Of a stretch of DNA of 30,614 bases, positions 1-7,950 are shown piece by piece. Numbering within the stretch: the first letter of the stretch is position 1; every line of letters begins with the position of its first letter. Source of the stretch: a virus (taxonomy: Duplodnaviria > Caudoviricetes); the IMG/VR virus record IMGVR_UViG_3300021963_000456, positions 1 through 30,614 of that record; one strand, 5' to 3'. The notes beneath the pieces are model-generated. The model was not told the DNA's origin, searched no databases, and saw only the letters and a list, made by a program, of their open reading frames with translations. Position numbers and translations under genes: made by a program.

Positions 1-1
1 C

Positions 2-322
2 TATGCACATGGTGACAGGTTTAGCAAAGGTGAAAGGGTTTTTGGTGCAGATGGAATGGCAAACAAGCGTAGCGTCTGGACTGTCAACACCAAGCCATAC
101 GCAGGCGCACACTTTGCCGTATTCCCTACAGAGTTGATTGAGCCGTGCATCATGGCTGGCGCACCTGTTGGTGGCGTGGTGCTTGATCCATTCATGGGAA
201 GCGGAACCACTGCACAAGTTGCACAGCATTTGAACCGCCAATACCTTGGATGCGAATTGAATCCTGAGTACAAACCACTGCAAGACAGGCGGTTGCGTCA
301 ACTGTCATTGATGCTGGAATGA
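2..322 (+). CDS. Site-specific DNA methyltransferase (N6-A/N4-C), C-terminal part; 5' end lies outside the window
   Basis: Frame is open from base 2. HFAVFPTELIEPCI, SAM-binding VLDPFMGSGTT and GCELNPEY motifs are typical of beta-class MTases. Confidence 0.92.
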   Translation, partial: YAHGDRFSKGERVFGADGMANKRSVWTVNTKPYAGAHFAVFPTELIEPCIMAGAPVGGVVLDPFMGSGTTAQVAQHLNRQYLGCELNPEYKPLQDRRLRQLSLMLE

Positions 323-678
323 CCTACCTTGCCCAAATGCTCAAAGAGACGGCTGACCACTACGCCAAGCTTGCGCTGAACGAAGGCTGGATCGACTATG
401 TGCGCCACCGAGTGGCACAGATGCAAAAAGAAAAGATATACACAGGGCTTGGGCAGATGGTCAAGGCTCGCATGGAGGAACTCAAAAATGAAAATTATTC
501 TGGACTTTCCGCCAGCCGACCTGTTTCCGAACCGATCCAAGGGCAAGCATTGGGCGGTGATGCACAAGTCCAAGACAACGTACAGGGAGTCCAGCTTCTG
601 GGCGACAAAACAGCAGATGCAGGGGTGGAAACACAAGGGGGGCGACCTACACCTCACCCTGACCTTTTTGATGCCTGA
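319..678 (+). CDS. Hypothetical protein; 3' half overlaps the RusA-like gene
   Basis: ATGA overlap with the MTase stop. The first ~57 aa look protein-like; the tail overlaps the next gene by about 190 nt. Confidence 0.55.
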   Translation: MTYLAQMLKETADHYAKLALNEGWIDYVRHRVAQMQKEKIYTGLGQMVKARMEELKNENYSGLSASRPVSEPIQGQALGGDAQVQDNVQGVQLLGDKTADAGVETQGGRPTPHPDLFDA

Positions 679-838
679 TAAGCGCCATAGGGACGCTGAC
701 AACTGCCTTGCCGCCGCCAAAGCTGGACTGGATGGCATGGCAACCGCCTTGGGGGTGAACGACCGTCACTTCCAGCCCATCACCATATTCCGTATTGCTG
801 GCGCAACAGAAAAACTACTTATTGCCGAATTTGACTGA
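488..838 (+). CDS. RusA-like Holliday junction resolvase
   Basis: GGAGG upstream of the ATG at 488. PDKRHRDADNCLAAAKAGLDGMATALGVND matches the RusA D-x-D-N...K...D...ND catalytic pattern. Confidence 0.85.
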   Translation: MKIILDFPPADLFPNRSKGKHWAVMHKSKTTYRESSFWATKQQMQGWKHKGGDLHLTLTFLMPDKRHRDADNCLAAAKAGLDGMATALGVNDRHFQPITIFRIAGATEKLLIAEFD

Positions 839-860
839 TTCTTTAACTTGGTGTTATAGT
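831..860 (+). promoter_or_regulatory. sigma70-type promoter with repeated motif (copy 1)
   Basis: TTGACT-18-TATAGT with TGn extension; contains CTTTAAC-NNN-GTGTTATAGT at 841-860. Confidence 0.7.
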
Positions 861-885
861 AAAGTCCCATCAACAGGAGAACGAT

Positions 886-1287
886 ATGAAATCCAAATAC
901 ACCCGTGGTTCGTTAATTCATCAAGCGATTGAGTCCCTTGACCGCATGCCGAGGTCACCAGAACAGCTTCGCACATCCCTTGACAACATTTCGATCAAAC
1001 GATTCAACGAGTATGTGACCTATCCGCTGGTCAATGATGGGTTTGCCGTGATCAAGGAAGACATGATGTATCTGACAGCCCTTGGTCGTGAGAAGTTCAG
1101 TGAGCTTGGTATGTGCAAGACAAGACTTCCACCATCACATCGTGCTGAGTTGATCAGCACCACTTATGACGGTAAAGAGTTAAAGGTTGCGGCTGTGCGT
1201 GTAGGGGCTGACGACCACATGCGGTTCCCAAGCAGAGTAGGTAACACCCTTCGCTATCGTGACGGTCGAATTGAGGAGACAGCATGA
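886..1287 (+). CDS. Hypothetical protein (possible winged-helix N-terminus)
   Basis: AGGAG RBS; 133 aa ORF directly after the promoter. Confidence 0.8.
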   Translation: MKSKYTRGSLIHQAIESLDRMPRSPEQLRTSLDNISIKRFNEYVTYPLVNDGFAVIKEDMMYLTALGREKFSELGMCKTRLPPSHRAELISTTYDGKELKVAAVRVGADDHMRFPSRVGNTLRYRDGRIEETA

Positions 1288-1529
1288 TTGAACCAACAAC
1301 ACCAGATGAAGACGAAGCGTTCAACGAGTTGGAGCGCATGGCAAAACAGAGAAAGGAATCTGTAAAGGCATCGTTAAGGGATGCGGAGAATGCTTTTGAA
1401 GCGATGTACCCAATCGTGGTACGCAACTTGGTGATTGAAGAAGTGGCACAGCACGTCGAGAAGCTGACAGGTTTTGGACAAGACACCATCAGTTCGTTTG
1501 CAATCTATATCAGGGGGATGAAGCGATGA
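1284..1529 (+). CDS. Hypothetical phage protein
   Basis: GAGGAG RBS and ATGA coupling. Confidence 0.8.
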   Translation: MIEPTTPDEDEAFNELERMAKQRKESVKASLRDAENAFEAMYPIVVRNLVIEEVAQHVEKLTGFGQDTISSFAIYIRGMKR

Positions 1530-1744
1530 ACAACCCACCAGCATTTCCACATGTAGCCGATATTTTGCAAATAGCTGGCAATTCCGCTGTTGTAAAAACT
1601 CTTACGCAAAATGGCATGAGTCTGCGTGACTACTTTGCGGCAAGGGCTATGCAAGCGTTAATTGACAACGATGGTTTATTTTCAGAGATACCAACACAGG
1701 CTTACGCTTTGGCAGACGCAATGATGAAGGCGAGAGAAGTATGA
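1526..1744 (+). CDS. Conserved small phage protein (GMSLRDYFAARAMQ family)
   Basis: PAFP...GMSLRDYFAARAMQ...AYALADAMMKARE is a widespread phage motif. Confidence 0.88.
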   Translation: MNNPPAFPHVADILQIAGNSAVVKTLTQNGMSLRDYFAARAMQALIDNDGLFSEIPTQAYALADAMMKAREV

Positions 1745-1962
1745 GTTTCAGAGAATCAACAATCAAATACATCAAAGATGTAATGCGAGCAAGAACCATC
1801 CATGAGGTGATTGCCAAAGAGTTGCATGAAGCACACCTACGCAAGTTGGAGGCTGAGACTGCGGCTGAGTATGCGTATGCGGCTATCCAATACAACGAGC
1901 AACGCATTGCTCGGTTAACGGCACGACTGACTGAACACACAGAGGAAGGGGACTACGCATGA
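1741..1962 (+). CDS. Hypothetical coiled-coil protein
   Basis: ATGA coupling on both sides. Confidence 0.8.
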   Translation: MSFRESTIKYIKDVMRARTIHEVIAKELHEAHLRKLEAETAAEYAYAAIQYNEQRIARLTARLTEHTEEGDYA

Positions 1963-2294
1963 CAGCAACAATAAAAAGACGCTACGTTAAGAGGAAAGAA
2001 ATTTCCGAAGGAAGGCAGGCGGCGTTTGTAAAAACGGTAGATGGGGCTATTGATATTGCCAATAAATATTCGTCTGGGGGTTCCATTCAATATCAGAATC
2101 ACTTGAACTCGCAAGGGTACTACTCAACGGTTGATCCAGTATCCATAGCTGAAATGGAAAAAGAATTGCGTGGTATGTATTTGTTCTTGTGCAACCTCAG
2201 CCATCAAATTGCAAATGAAAAGACTTTTAAGATGGAGCAGTACGGCAAGGTGTTTACTCTAACCGCCAAGGAGGGTACGCATGACACAAGATGA
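1959..2294 (+). CDS. Hypothetical protein
   Basis: Coupled ORF with RBS; slightly AT-rich. Confidence 0.75.
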   Translation: MTATIKRRYVKRKEISEGRQAAFVKTVDGAIDIANKYSSGGSIQYQNHLNSQGYYSTVDPVSIAEMEKELRGMYLFLCNLSHQIANEKTFKMEQYGKVFTLTAKEGTHDTR

Positions 2295-2514
2295 AATCAT
2301 TGAGATGGCAATAGAAGCTGAATTTGTTTCACATGGAAAGCCAAGTGACGAAGAAAGTGAATTGTTTGTTTGTGTTGATAAAGACATCTATAAATTTGCC
2401 AAACTGGTAGCCGCCAAAGAACGTGAAGCCTGTGCATTGATATGCGATGAATTTTGTTATGGCAGTACAAAAATTCTTATTGAAAGAGCCATCAGAGCCA
2501 GAGGTGAAGCATGA
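2281..2514 (+). CDS. Small phage protein (MTQDEIIEMA...AKEREACA...AIRARGE family)
   Basis: GGAGG RBS; motif family common in freshwater betaproteobacterial phages (from recall). Confidence 0.85.
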   Translation: MTQDEIIEMAIEAEFVSHGKPSDEESELFVCVDKDIYKFAKLVAAKEREACALICDEFCYGSTKILIERAIRARGEA

Positions 2515-2723
2515 ACACTTGTCCAAACTGCGGAAAGGTAGCGGGTCTTCACTCAAGCATATTGCAAGGGTGTATGTGTCAATACTCAATGCAAGCCCCA
2601 CCACAGCGCACATGGGTAGGGCTGACAACAGATGAAATAGCCGTGCTTCATGCAAATTATCCAAACCCACAGGGCTTTGCTTTGGCATTGCAAGCCAAAC
2701 TCAAGGAGCGCAACAATGCTTGA
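2511..2723 (+). CDS. Small phage protein (CxxC N-terminus; PQRTWVGLT...AKLKERN family)
   Basis: GAGG RBS, ATGA coupling, recognisable C-terminal motif. Confidence 0.82.
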   Translation: MNTCPNCGKVAGLHSSILQGCMCQYSMQAPPQRTWVGLTTDEIAVLHANYPNPQGFALALQAKLKERNNA

Positions 2724-2922
2724 CCGACTCATTCTCAGTGCGGTGTTGACCACAGTAGGGTTCAATGGTTTATTCCCTGACCCACCACCGCCACCTACAT
2801 CATTGACACTGAAACAAAAGGCAAAGGAAAGGTCAATCAGTGGTGTGTGTGAACGAAGGAAAGGACAAAAGCAAAGTAAGACGGTAAAAGAAATGTGTGA
2901 GAAATGGAGAAATCATGAATGA
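2716..2922 (+). CDS. Hypothetical protein with hydrophobic N-terminus
   Basis: AAGGAG RBS before the ATG at 2716 (MLDRLILSAV...). Confidence 0.72.
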   Translation: MLDRLILSAVLTTVGFNGLFPDPPPPPTSLTLKQKAKERSISGVCERRKGQKQSKTVKEMCEKWRNHE

Positions 2923-3259
2923 TCGACTGACAGACCCAAACCAAGCAATTGATTACATCATTGCAAACTCAAAGCTGTATGCGCAGGCCAGAGCCGAGCG
3001 CATTTACATGGAGGAGCTTCGCAAGACCATCAAAGCAGAGTTGTGTAAGACAGCCCTGCACCATGGGTTTGAAGCAGTCAACGCACAGGAGCGGGAGGCC
3101 TACAGCGACCCCAACTACAGGAAGCACTTGCTGGCGATTAAACAGGCTGTAGAGGCGGAGGAACAGCTTCGGTGGATGCTGATAGCCGCCCAAGCCCGAA
3201 TCGACGTGTGGCGGTCTATAGAGGCTTCCAACAGGGTTCAGGACAGGGTGACGATGTGA
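2915..3259 (+). CDS. Conserved helical phage protein
   Basis: GGAG RBS before the ATG at 2915; AQEREAY...IDVWRS..A..R pattern. Confidence 0.82.
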   Translation: MNDRLTDPNQAIDYIIANSKLYAQARAERIYMEELRKTIKAELCKTALHHGFEAVNAQEREAYSDPNYRKHLLAIKQAVEAEEQLRWMLIAAQARIDVWRSIEASNRVQDRVTM

Positions 3260-3540
3260 CCGAAAAGGAATGGATGAATGCCGTAGCAGAGCTTGGATGC
3301 GGCATGTGCAGGCGCATGGGGTACGGTGAGACCCCTGCCCACTTGCATCATCCAAGGGAGGGTGTGGGGATGGCGCAACGCCAAAGCAATTGGCTGGTCA
3401 TACCCCTTTGCCCTGCCCACCACACGGGTTCCAAGGGCTGGCACGGGACACGGGACGACTTCAAGCGCCACGGGGTTGACGAGATGGACATCCTTGCTGA
3501 CACCCTGAGTCTCATATTAGGGAAAGTCCCTACAAAATAG
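3256..3540 (+). CDS. Ref/DUF968-like HNH-fold nuclease (recombination enhancement family)
   Basis: GTGA-coupled start; GCGMC...HLHH...IPLCPAHH Zn/His motif. Confidence 0.82.
   Translation: MTEKEWMNAVAELGCGMCRRMGYGETPAHLHHPREGVGMAQRQSNWLVIPLCPAHHTGSKGWHGTRDDFKRHGVDEMDILADTLSLILGKVPTK
3518..3532. repeat. Palindromic site TAGGGAAAGTCCCTA (copy 1)
   Basis: TAGGG-N5-CCCTA; near-identical copy at 4423-4437. Confidence 0.75.
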
Positions 3541-3552
3541 TTGGATAACCCA

Positions 3553-3622
3553 TTGCACTCCTTTAACTCTGTGTTATAGTTTCAACCACTGCAACATCGC
3601 AGGAACGATAAAAGGAAATGAA
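3553..3622 (+). promoter_or_regulatory. Promoter plus leader cassette (copy 2)
   Basis: TTGCAC-16-TATAGT; CTTTAAC-TCT-GTGTTATAGT at 3561-3580; leader CACTGCAA..GCAGGAACGA.AAAAGGAAAT. Confidence 0.78.
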
Positions 3623-3937
3623 ATGAAAAACGATCTGCCCTTCACCAAAGTCGATACCCTCGGTTCACTCTTGGCTCAAATTGCTGACTTAACCAAGCAA
3701 GCTGAAGCAATCAAAGACGAGATTAAAGAGCTTGGCTCCATGAATCTCCTTCCTACCAAAATCTCCAACAAAAAACAAGTTCAATTCCTTGAAGGCGCAT
3801 TGTTTAGCGCAACTTATAGCGACTGCAACAAGACCCTGTTCGACAAAGAAAAGTTTGTTGCAGAGTTTGGCGAAGCCAAATACTTGGAGTACACCAAGGT
3901 GTCTTGCTCCTTCACCGTCAAAGTCACATCACGTTAA
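3623..3937 (+). CDS. Hypothetical protein
   Basis: AAAGGA RBS; biased codon usage suggesting high expression. Confidence 0.85.
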   Translation: MKNDLPFTKVDTLGSLLAQIADLTKQAEAIKDEIKELGSMNLLPTKISNKKQVQFLEGALFSATYSDCNKTLFDKEKFVAEFGEAKYLEYTKVSCSFTVKVTSR

Positions 3938-3969
3938 TCAAAGGGGCTTTTGCCCCATTGGAGTACACC

Positions 3970-4149
3970 ATGCAAAAAATTACCAAGTGGACAAAATGCT
4001 TTGTGGTTCAGGTGCTGGAGAACGGCAACTGGAAGACCATGACCCAACCTATTACTGAATTGCAGGCTACCCGCCTGATGCTTCAAGAGCGCATCCTGCG
4101 TCGTTTCTACGACCGCAATGAGGCTCGTGTCGTTCAACAAACCGCATAA
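3970..4149 (+). CDS. Hypothetical protein
   Basis: GGAG RBS before the ATG at 3970, following the GGGGC-TTTT-GCCCC hairpin. Confidence 0.72.
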   Translation: MQKITKWTKCFVVQVLENGNWKTMTQPITELQATRLMLQERILRRFYDRNEARVVQQTA

Positions 4150-4158
4150 GGGGGCAAC

Positions 4159-4416
4159 ATGAAACGCAAGTACATCAAAGCCTATAACGCACTCAAAAAG
4201 TTGGGTGTCCCCGTGTATGTCCGTGACGACATGGACGGTCGATTCCAGATCAGCGCCGAAGAGCCTGACTCATTCAAGTGGCTGGACTACCACGAGGGAT
4301 ACAGAATCCCCGACTGGTCGTTCGGTGTCCACCCCAAGATTGACAACATCCTGCACAACTGTGGATTGCATGCCGAGTGGATCAACGCTGGCGAACTGGG
4401 CGTGTATGAAAATTGA
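4159..4416 (+). CDS. Hypothetical phage protein
   Basis: AAGGGG RBS; ISAE...FGVHPK...GLHAEWINAG motif. Confidence 0.82.
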   Translation: MKRKYIKAYNALKKLGVPVYVRDDMDGRFQISAEEPDSFKWLDYHEGYRIPDWSFGVHPKIDNILHNCGLHAEWINAGELGVYEN

Positions 4417-4422
4417 TACGGT

Positions 4423-4504
4423 TAGGGTAAGTCCCTACCCATATCTTTAACATTGTGTTATAGTTACCTCACTGCAATAAGCAGGAACGAAAAAGGAAAT
4501 CAAA
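4423..4504 (+). promoter_or_regulatory. Palindrome plus promoter plus leader cassette (copy 3)
   Basis: TAGGGTAAGTCCCTA at 4423-4437; CTTTAAC-ATT-GTGTTATAGT at 4445-4464; same leader as copy 2. Confidence 0.78.
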
Positions 4505-4864
4505 ATGCAAGTAGCTCAATTCACCGCTTACACCGACATCGTGATCATTGGTCAAAACGCCGAGATGGCTGATTACACCAACCCCAAAGGTTACGTTTAC
4601 GGTTTTTCTGCTTATGTTTGCGCAGTTTCTGAGTCTGGCGACACCCGTATCAAGCATGTTGTTTCTGCCCGTTGGGAAGCAGAGGCTATGGCAAAGGCAG
4701 AAGCTCAAGCCGCCGCCTTGAACGCTCGTTTGGCTTTAGGCAAGTTGCCAGTCGGTTTTGATTCTTGGGAAGCTGGTCGTGCCGTTTACGGTTCCGAAGC
4801 TTATGAGGCATATGGTCAAGCCGATGACGTGGAGTTGGAGCGTCGGGAAGAGTTCGCATATTGA
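4505..4864 (+). CDS. Hypothetical protein
   Basis: AAAGGA RBS; biased codons. Confidence 0.85.
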   Translation: MQVAQFTAYTDIVIIGQNAEMADYTNPKGYVYGFSAYVCAVSESGDTRIKHVVSARWEAEAMAKAEAQAAALNARLALGKLPVGFDSWEAGRAVYGSEAYEAYGQADDVELERREEFAY

Positions 4865-4873
4865 TTAACCAAC

Positions 4874-4892
4874 GGGGGCTTCGGCTCCCTTT
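4874..4892 (+). terminator. UUCG-tetraloop hairpin, possible weak terminator
   Basis: GGGGGC-TTCG-GCTCCC followed by TTT. Confidence 0.55.
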
Positions 4893-4907
4893 ACTTGAAA
4901 GCACATC

Positions 4908-5081
4908 ATGACATCCACATCAGAGTACAGCAAGATTTTTGACAGCGGCATTGACTTTGCCGTCAACGCAATCAACGAGCATTGCGATACCAACTTCAAG
5001 TCCTTGGCGGAAGCCATCATTGCCATTCAGGCTTTGAAGGATGCGGCACAAATGCACTCTGCCACCAAGGAGGTCGTATGA
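4908..5081 (+). CDS. Hypothetical protein, 57 aa (MTSTSEYSKIFDSG...), not in the ORF track
   Basis: Read manually; its stop overlaps the next ATG (ATGA). Confidence 0.7.
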   Translation: MTSTSEYSKIFDSGIDFAVNAINEHCDTNFKSLAEAIIAIQALKDAAQMHSATKEVV

Positions 5082-5263
5082 ACGACGATCTGGAATTTGC
5101 CATCAAAACCTATGAAGATAGCCATGCTATCCGTGTCAGTCCCCACGAAGACGGCGTATGGCTGGGTCTGGCTATGTCAGGCTGTAACGCCTACACCCAC
5201 ATGACCAAAGCTGAAGCCCAGCGGCTGATTGATGCACTGACAACCATCGTGGAGGCGGCATGA
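5078..5263 (+). CDS. Hypothetical protein (MNDDLEFAIK...)
   Basis: AAGGAGG RBS before the ATG at 5078. Confidence 0.78.
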   Translation: MNDDLEFAIKTYEDSHAIRVSPHEDGVWLGLAMSGCNAYTHMTKAEAQRLIDALTTIVEAA

Positions 5264-5385
5264 TTAACTTCATTTTGGGCTTTATTTTTGGTGTTGCCGC
5301 CTGTACCATTGGGTTCACAGGCATGGCGAACATGGCTGACAAGGGAGTGACCGTAATTCAGGGAACCTTAAAGAAGGCGGAATAA
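5260..5385 (+). CDS. Small membrane protein, 41 aa (MINFILGFIFGVAAC...)
   Basis: GGAGG RBS, ATGA coupling, hydrophobic N-terminus. Confidence 0.7.
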   Translation: MINFILGFIFGVAACTIGFTGMANMADKGVTVIQGTLKKAE

Positions 5386-5386
5386 A

Positions 5387-5551
5387 ATGCTTGCTGATGT
5401 CTTCACTCTGGTAATTGTTTTATTGATTGGCGGATTGTTGGGCATCAGCGCCCTGTTGATTTTCATTTACGCACTGTGGGCAATGCAAGACCATGAAGCA
5501 GATCGAAGTTATCAGGACTCAGTACGGAAGGACAAGGGGAACCCACGGTGA
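5387..5551 (+). CDS. Small membrane protein (MLADVFTLVIVLLIGG...)
   Basis: Starts just after the previous stop; about 30 aa hydrophobic stretch. Confidence 0.6.
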   Translation: MLADVFTLVIVLLIGGLLGISALLIFIYALWAMQDHEADRSYQDSVRKDKGNPR

Positions 5552-5699
5552 GAAAAAAACTATTGTCGATTGCGGCAAGGCATATCGGTGCAGAACCTGT
5601 GGACAACTTTGGACAAATCGAACCAAAGCCGACAACCACGATTGTGGAGGACATCTGGAGCGTGGAATACTGCCGCCAGCACCCCCAGAACGCCTCTGA
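5493..5699 (+). CDS. Small Zn-finger-like protein
   Basis: YRCRTCG...H.C C2HC-type motif. Confidence 0.55.
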   Translation: MKQIEVIRTQYGRTRGTHGEKKTIVDCGKAYRCRTCGQLWTNRTKADNHDCGGHLERGILPPAPPERL

Positions 5700-5805
5700 A
5701 GCCATCAAATCCCTGCAAACCCTACTGTCGGACAGGGAAGAGCAGATAGCGGCTTTAAAGCATGCCATTGAAGACATAAGGAAGTTGCTTGATGAACGCA
5801 TTTGA
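5548..5805 (+). CDS. Hypothetical coiled-coil protein (true start uncertain)
   Basis: C-terminal half is helical and protein-like; overlaps the previous ORF. Confidence 0.5.
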   Translation: MRKKLLSIAARHIGAEPVDNFGQIEPKPTTTIVEDIWSVEYCRQHPQNASEAIKSLQTLLSDREEQIAALKHAIEDIRKLLDERI

Positions 5806-5807
5806 CA

Positions 5808-5980
5808 CATCTGGTCGCAGTTCGATAGCTGTTGAGCTTGAGGGGAAGAAAAGGAAAAGCCGCAACGTGACCAAGGCGGTGGAGATGAAGAGGGCTGTAG
5901 GCGTAGACCCCGGTCGCCTTTGGGGGTTGTCCTCAAAATGGGACGAGCGACTGGCATCCGACCCCTCATACAACCAGATG
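5808..5980 (+). ncRNA. Candidate multi-branched structured RNA upstream of terS
   Basis: Nested helices: CATCTGGT/ACCAGATG, TGAGGGG/CCCCTCA, GCCGC/GCGGT, CCGGTCGC/GCGACTGG, TTGTCCT/GGGACGA. Confidence 0.55.
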
Positions 5981-6035
5981 ACACGCATTCCAAAAACCAA
6001 GTAAACTTCAGGTTAAAGGAGCCGTTGAAATTATT

Positions 6036-6530
6036 ATGGCAACAACCAAACCAAACCCCGTAGGTGCGCCTTCTAAGTACACAGAAGAGATCGGCATCGA
6101 AATCTGTGCATTACTTGCCGCAGGTATGCCAGTTACGAAAATAGTTCAACTAAAACATATGCCGAGTCAGCAGACTGTGTATACATGGCTACGAAAGCAT
6201 CCAGAATTCCTTGAGATGTACGAGATTGCACGTCAAGATTTGGCGCACACCATGGCGAACCAGATACAGGAAATCATCGACGAGAAGCCATTGCAGGTGG
6301 TGGATGACGCAGGGAACATCAAGTACGACGCTGGGAGCATTGCTGACAAGCGCCTGCGCATGGATGGTCGCAAGTGGTTGGCGGCGAAGTACCTCCCGAG
6401 GGTGTATGGTGAGCGCACGGTGGTGGCTGGTGACGAGAACAACCCAGTGGCTCACAAGGTGAGCTTTGATGCGTTTGACACGCTGATTGATGCGCTTGAA
6501 ACACGCAGACAAGCGAAGGCACATGGCTGA
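6036..6530 (+). CDS. terS: Terminase small subunit (Sf6 gp1-like)
   Basis: G.PSKYTEE...IC..LA.G...MPS..TV..WL and RLR.D.RKW.A.K..P..YG motifs; directly upstream of TerL. Confidence 0.92.
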   Translation: MATTKPNPVGAPSKYTEEIGIEICALLAAGMPVTKIVQLKHMPSQQTVYTWLRKHPEFLEMYEIARQDLAHTMANQIQEIIDEKPLQVVDDAGNIKYDAGSIADKRLRMDGRKWLAAKYLPRVYGERTVVAGDENNPVAHKVSFDAFDTLIDALETRRQAKAHG

Positions 6531-7947
6531 TGACCTCATCGAACTGCTCAGAGACGACTCAGTCAGGGAGCAATATTCCAAGCTTCCACCAGAACTCAGA
6601 GCCGCCTTCGACTGGCGTACCAAGTGGCTTGCCAAGGCTCATGACCACCAGATTGCCCCGCCCGGCGACTGGTGGAGTATCTGGCTCCTGTTGGCTGGTC
6701 GGGGGGCAGGGAAGACAAGAACCGCCGCCGAACAAATAGGCTGGTGGGCATGGACGGAACCCGAGACCCGCTGGCTGGTAGCCGCCCCCACCTCCTCCGA
6801 TGTCCGATCCACCTGCTTTGAGGGTGACTCAGGACTGATTGCTGTGATCCCCCCTGTGCTGGTGGCTGACTACAACAAGACCGCCCACGAACTTCGCCTG
6901 ATCAACGGCTCCCTGATCAAGGGCATCCCTGCGAGTGAACCTGAACGCTTCCGTGGCCCACAGTTCCACGGTGGCTGGTGCGATGAGCTTGCCGCATGGG
7001 ACTACCTGCAAGAGTCGTGGGATCAAATCCAGTTCGGTGTGCGCCTTGGCTCCCGCACCCGCCTGATCTGCTCCACCACCCCCAAGCCCAAAGACCTGAT
7101 CGTCGAACTGGTGGGCAGGGAGGGTGACGACGTGGTGGTGACCAGAGCAAGCACTTACTCCAACATTGACAACCTTGCCCCGCAATTCAAGAAACAAATT
7201 CTTCAGTACGAAGGCACAAAGCTTGGGCGGCAGGAGATTCATGCCGAAATTCTTGACCCTGAAGACTCGGGCATCGTCAAGCGTGAGATGTTCAAGCTGT
7301 GGCCCAACAACAAGCCCTTCCCCAAGTTTGAGTACATCGTCCAGTCCTATGACTGCGCCAGCAGTGAGAAGACGCAGAATGATCCGACCGCCTGCATTAC
7401 CTTTGGCGTGTTCAAGCCGCTGGATGGCCCGATGTCAGCCATGGTGATCGACTGCTGGCAAGAACACCTGCAATACCCTGACCTGCGCCCCAAGGTGATT
7501 GAGGAGTACGCCACGGTGTACGGCGAAGGCAAGGATGCCAAGCGGGTTGACCTGATCCTGATTGAGGACAAGTCGGCAGGCATCTCGCTGATCCAAGACC
7601 TGCGCCGTGGTCACCTGCCAGTCGTGCCGTACAACCCCGGTCGTGCGGACAAGGTGCAACGCCTGAACATCGTCTCCAACATCATCGCCCGTGGGCGGGT
7701 GTGGATACCCGAGTCCGACATCCGCAAGGGCTACGTCAAGACATGGGCTGAAGGCTTTGTCAGCCAGATATGCTCCTTCCCTGATGCCAAGCACGACGAC
7801 TTTGTGGACGCTTGTACACAGGCATTGAGGTACTTGAGGGACGGTGGGTGGATTGACATTGACGGTGCGCCACCAGAGCCTTATGATGAGGATGATTATG
7901 CGGACAGCCAAAGGGGTAAACAAAAAGGGAACCCTTACGCCATGTAG
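6523..7947 (+). CDS. terL: Terminase large subunit
   Basis: Walker A AGRGAGKT, Walker B WCDE, TTP coupling motif, C-terminal nuclease YD...IEDK...HDDFVDA. Confidence 0.97.
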   Translation: MADDLIELLRDDSVREQYSKLPPELRAAFDWRTKWLAKAHDHQIAPPGDWWSIWLLLAGRGAGKTRTAAEQIGWWAWTEPETRWLVAAPTSSDVRSTCFEGDSGLIAVIPPVLVADYNKTAHELRLINGSLIKGIPASEPERFRGPQFHGGWCDELAAWDYLQESWDQIQFGVRLGSRTRLICSTTPKPKDLIVELVGREGDDVVVTRASTYSNIDNLAPQFKKQILQYEGTKLGRQEIHAEILDPEDSGIVKREMFKLWPNNKPFPKFEYIVQSYDCASSEKTQNDPTACITFGVFKPLDGPMSAMVIDCWQEHLQYPDLRPKVIEEYATVYGEGKDAKRVDLILIEDKSAGISLIQDLRRGHLPVVPYNPGRADKVQRLNIVSNIIARGRVWIPESDIRKGYVKTWAEGFVSQICSFPDAKHDDFVDACTQALRYLRDGGWIDIDGAPPEPYDEDDYADSQRGKQKGNPYAM

Positions 7948-7950
7948 TCA

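Noticed and set aside
319-678. Functional overlapping gene pair with RusA
   Set aside because: More simply a lost stop codon giving a read-through tail; there is no evidence of selection on both frames.
5789-6004. 71-aa ORF upstream of terS
   Set aside because: No convincing RBS or motif and it coincides with nested helices; not fully excluded.
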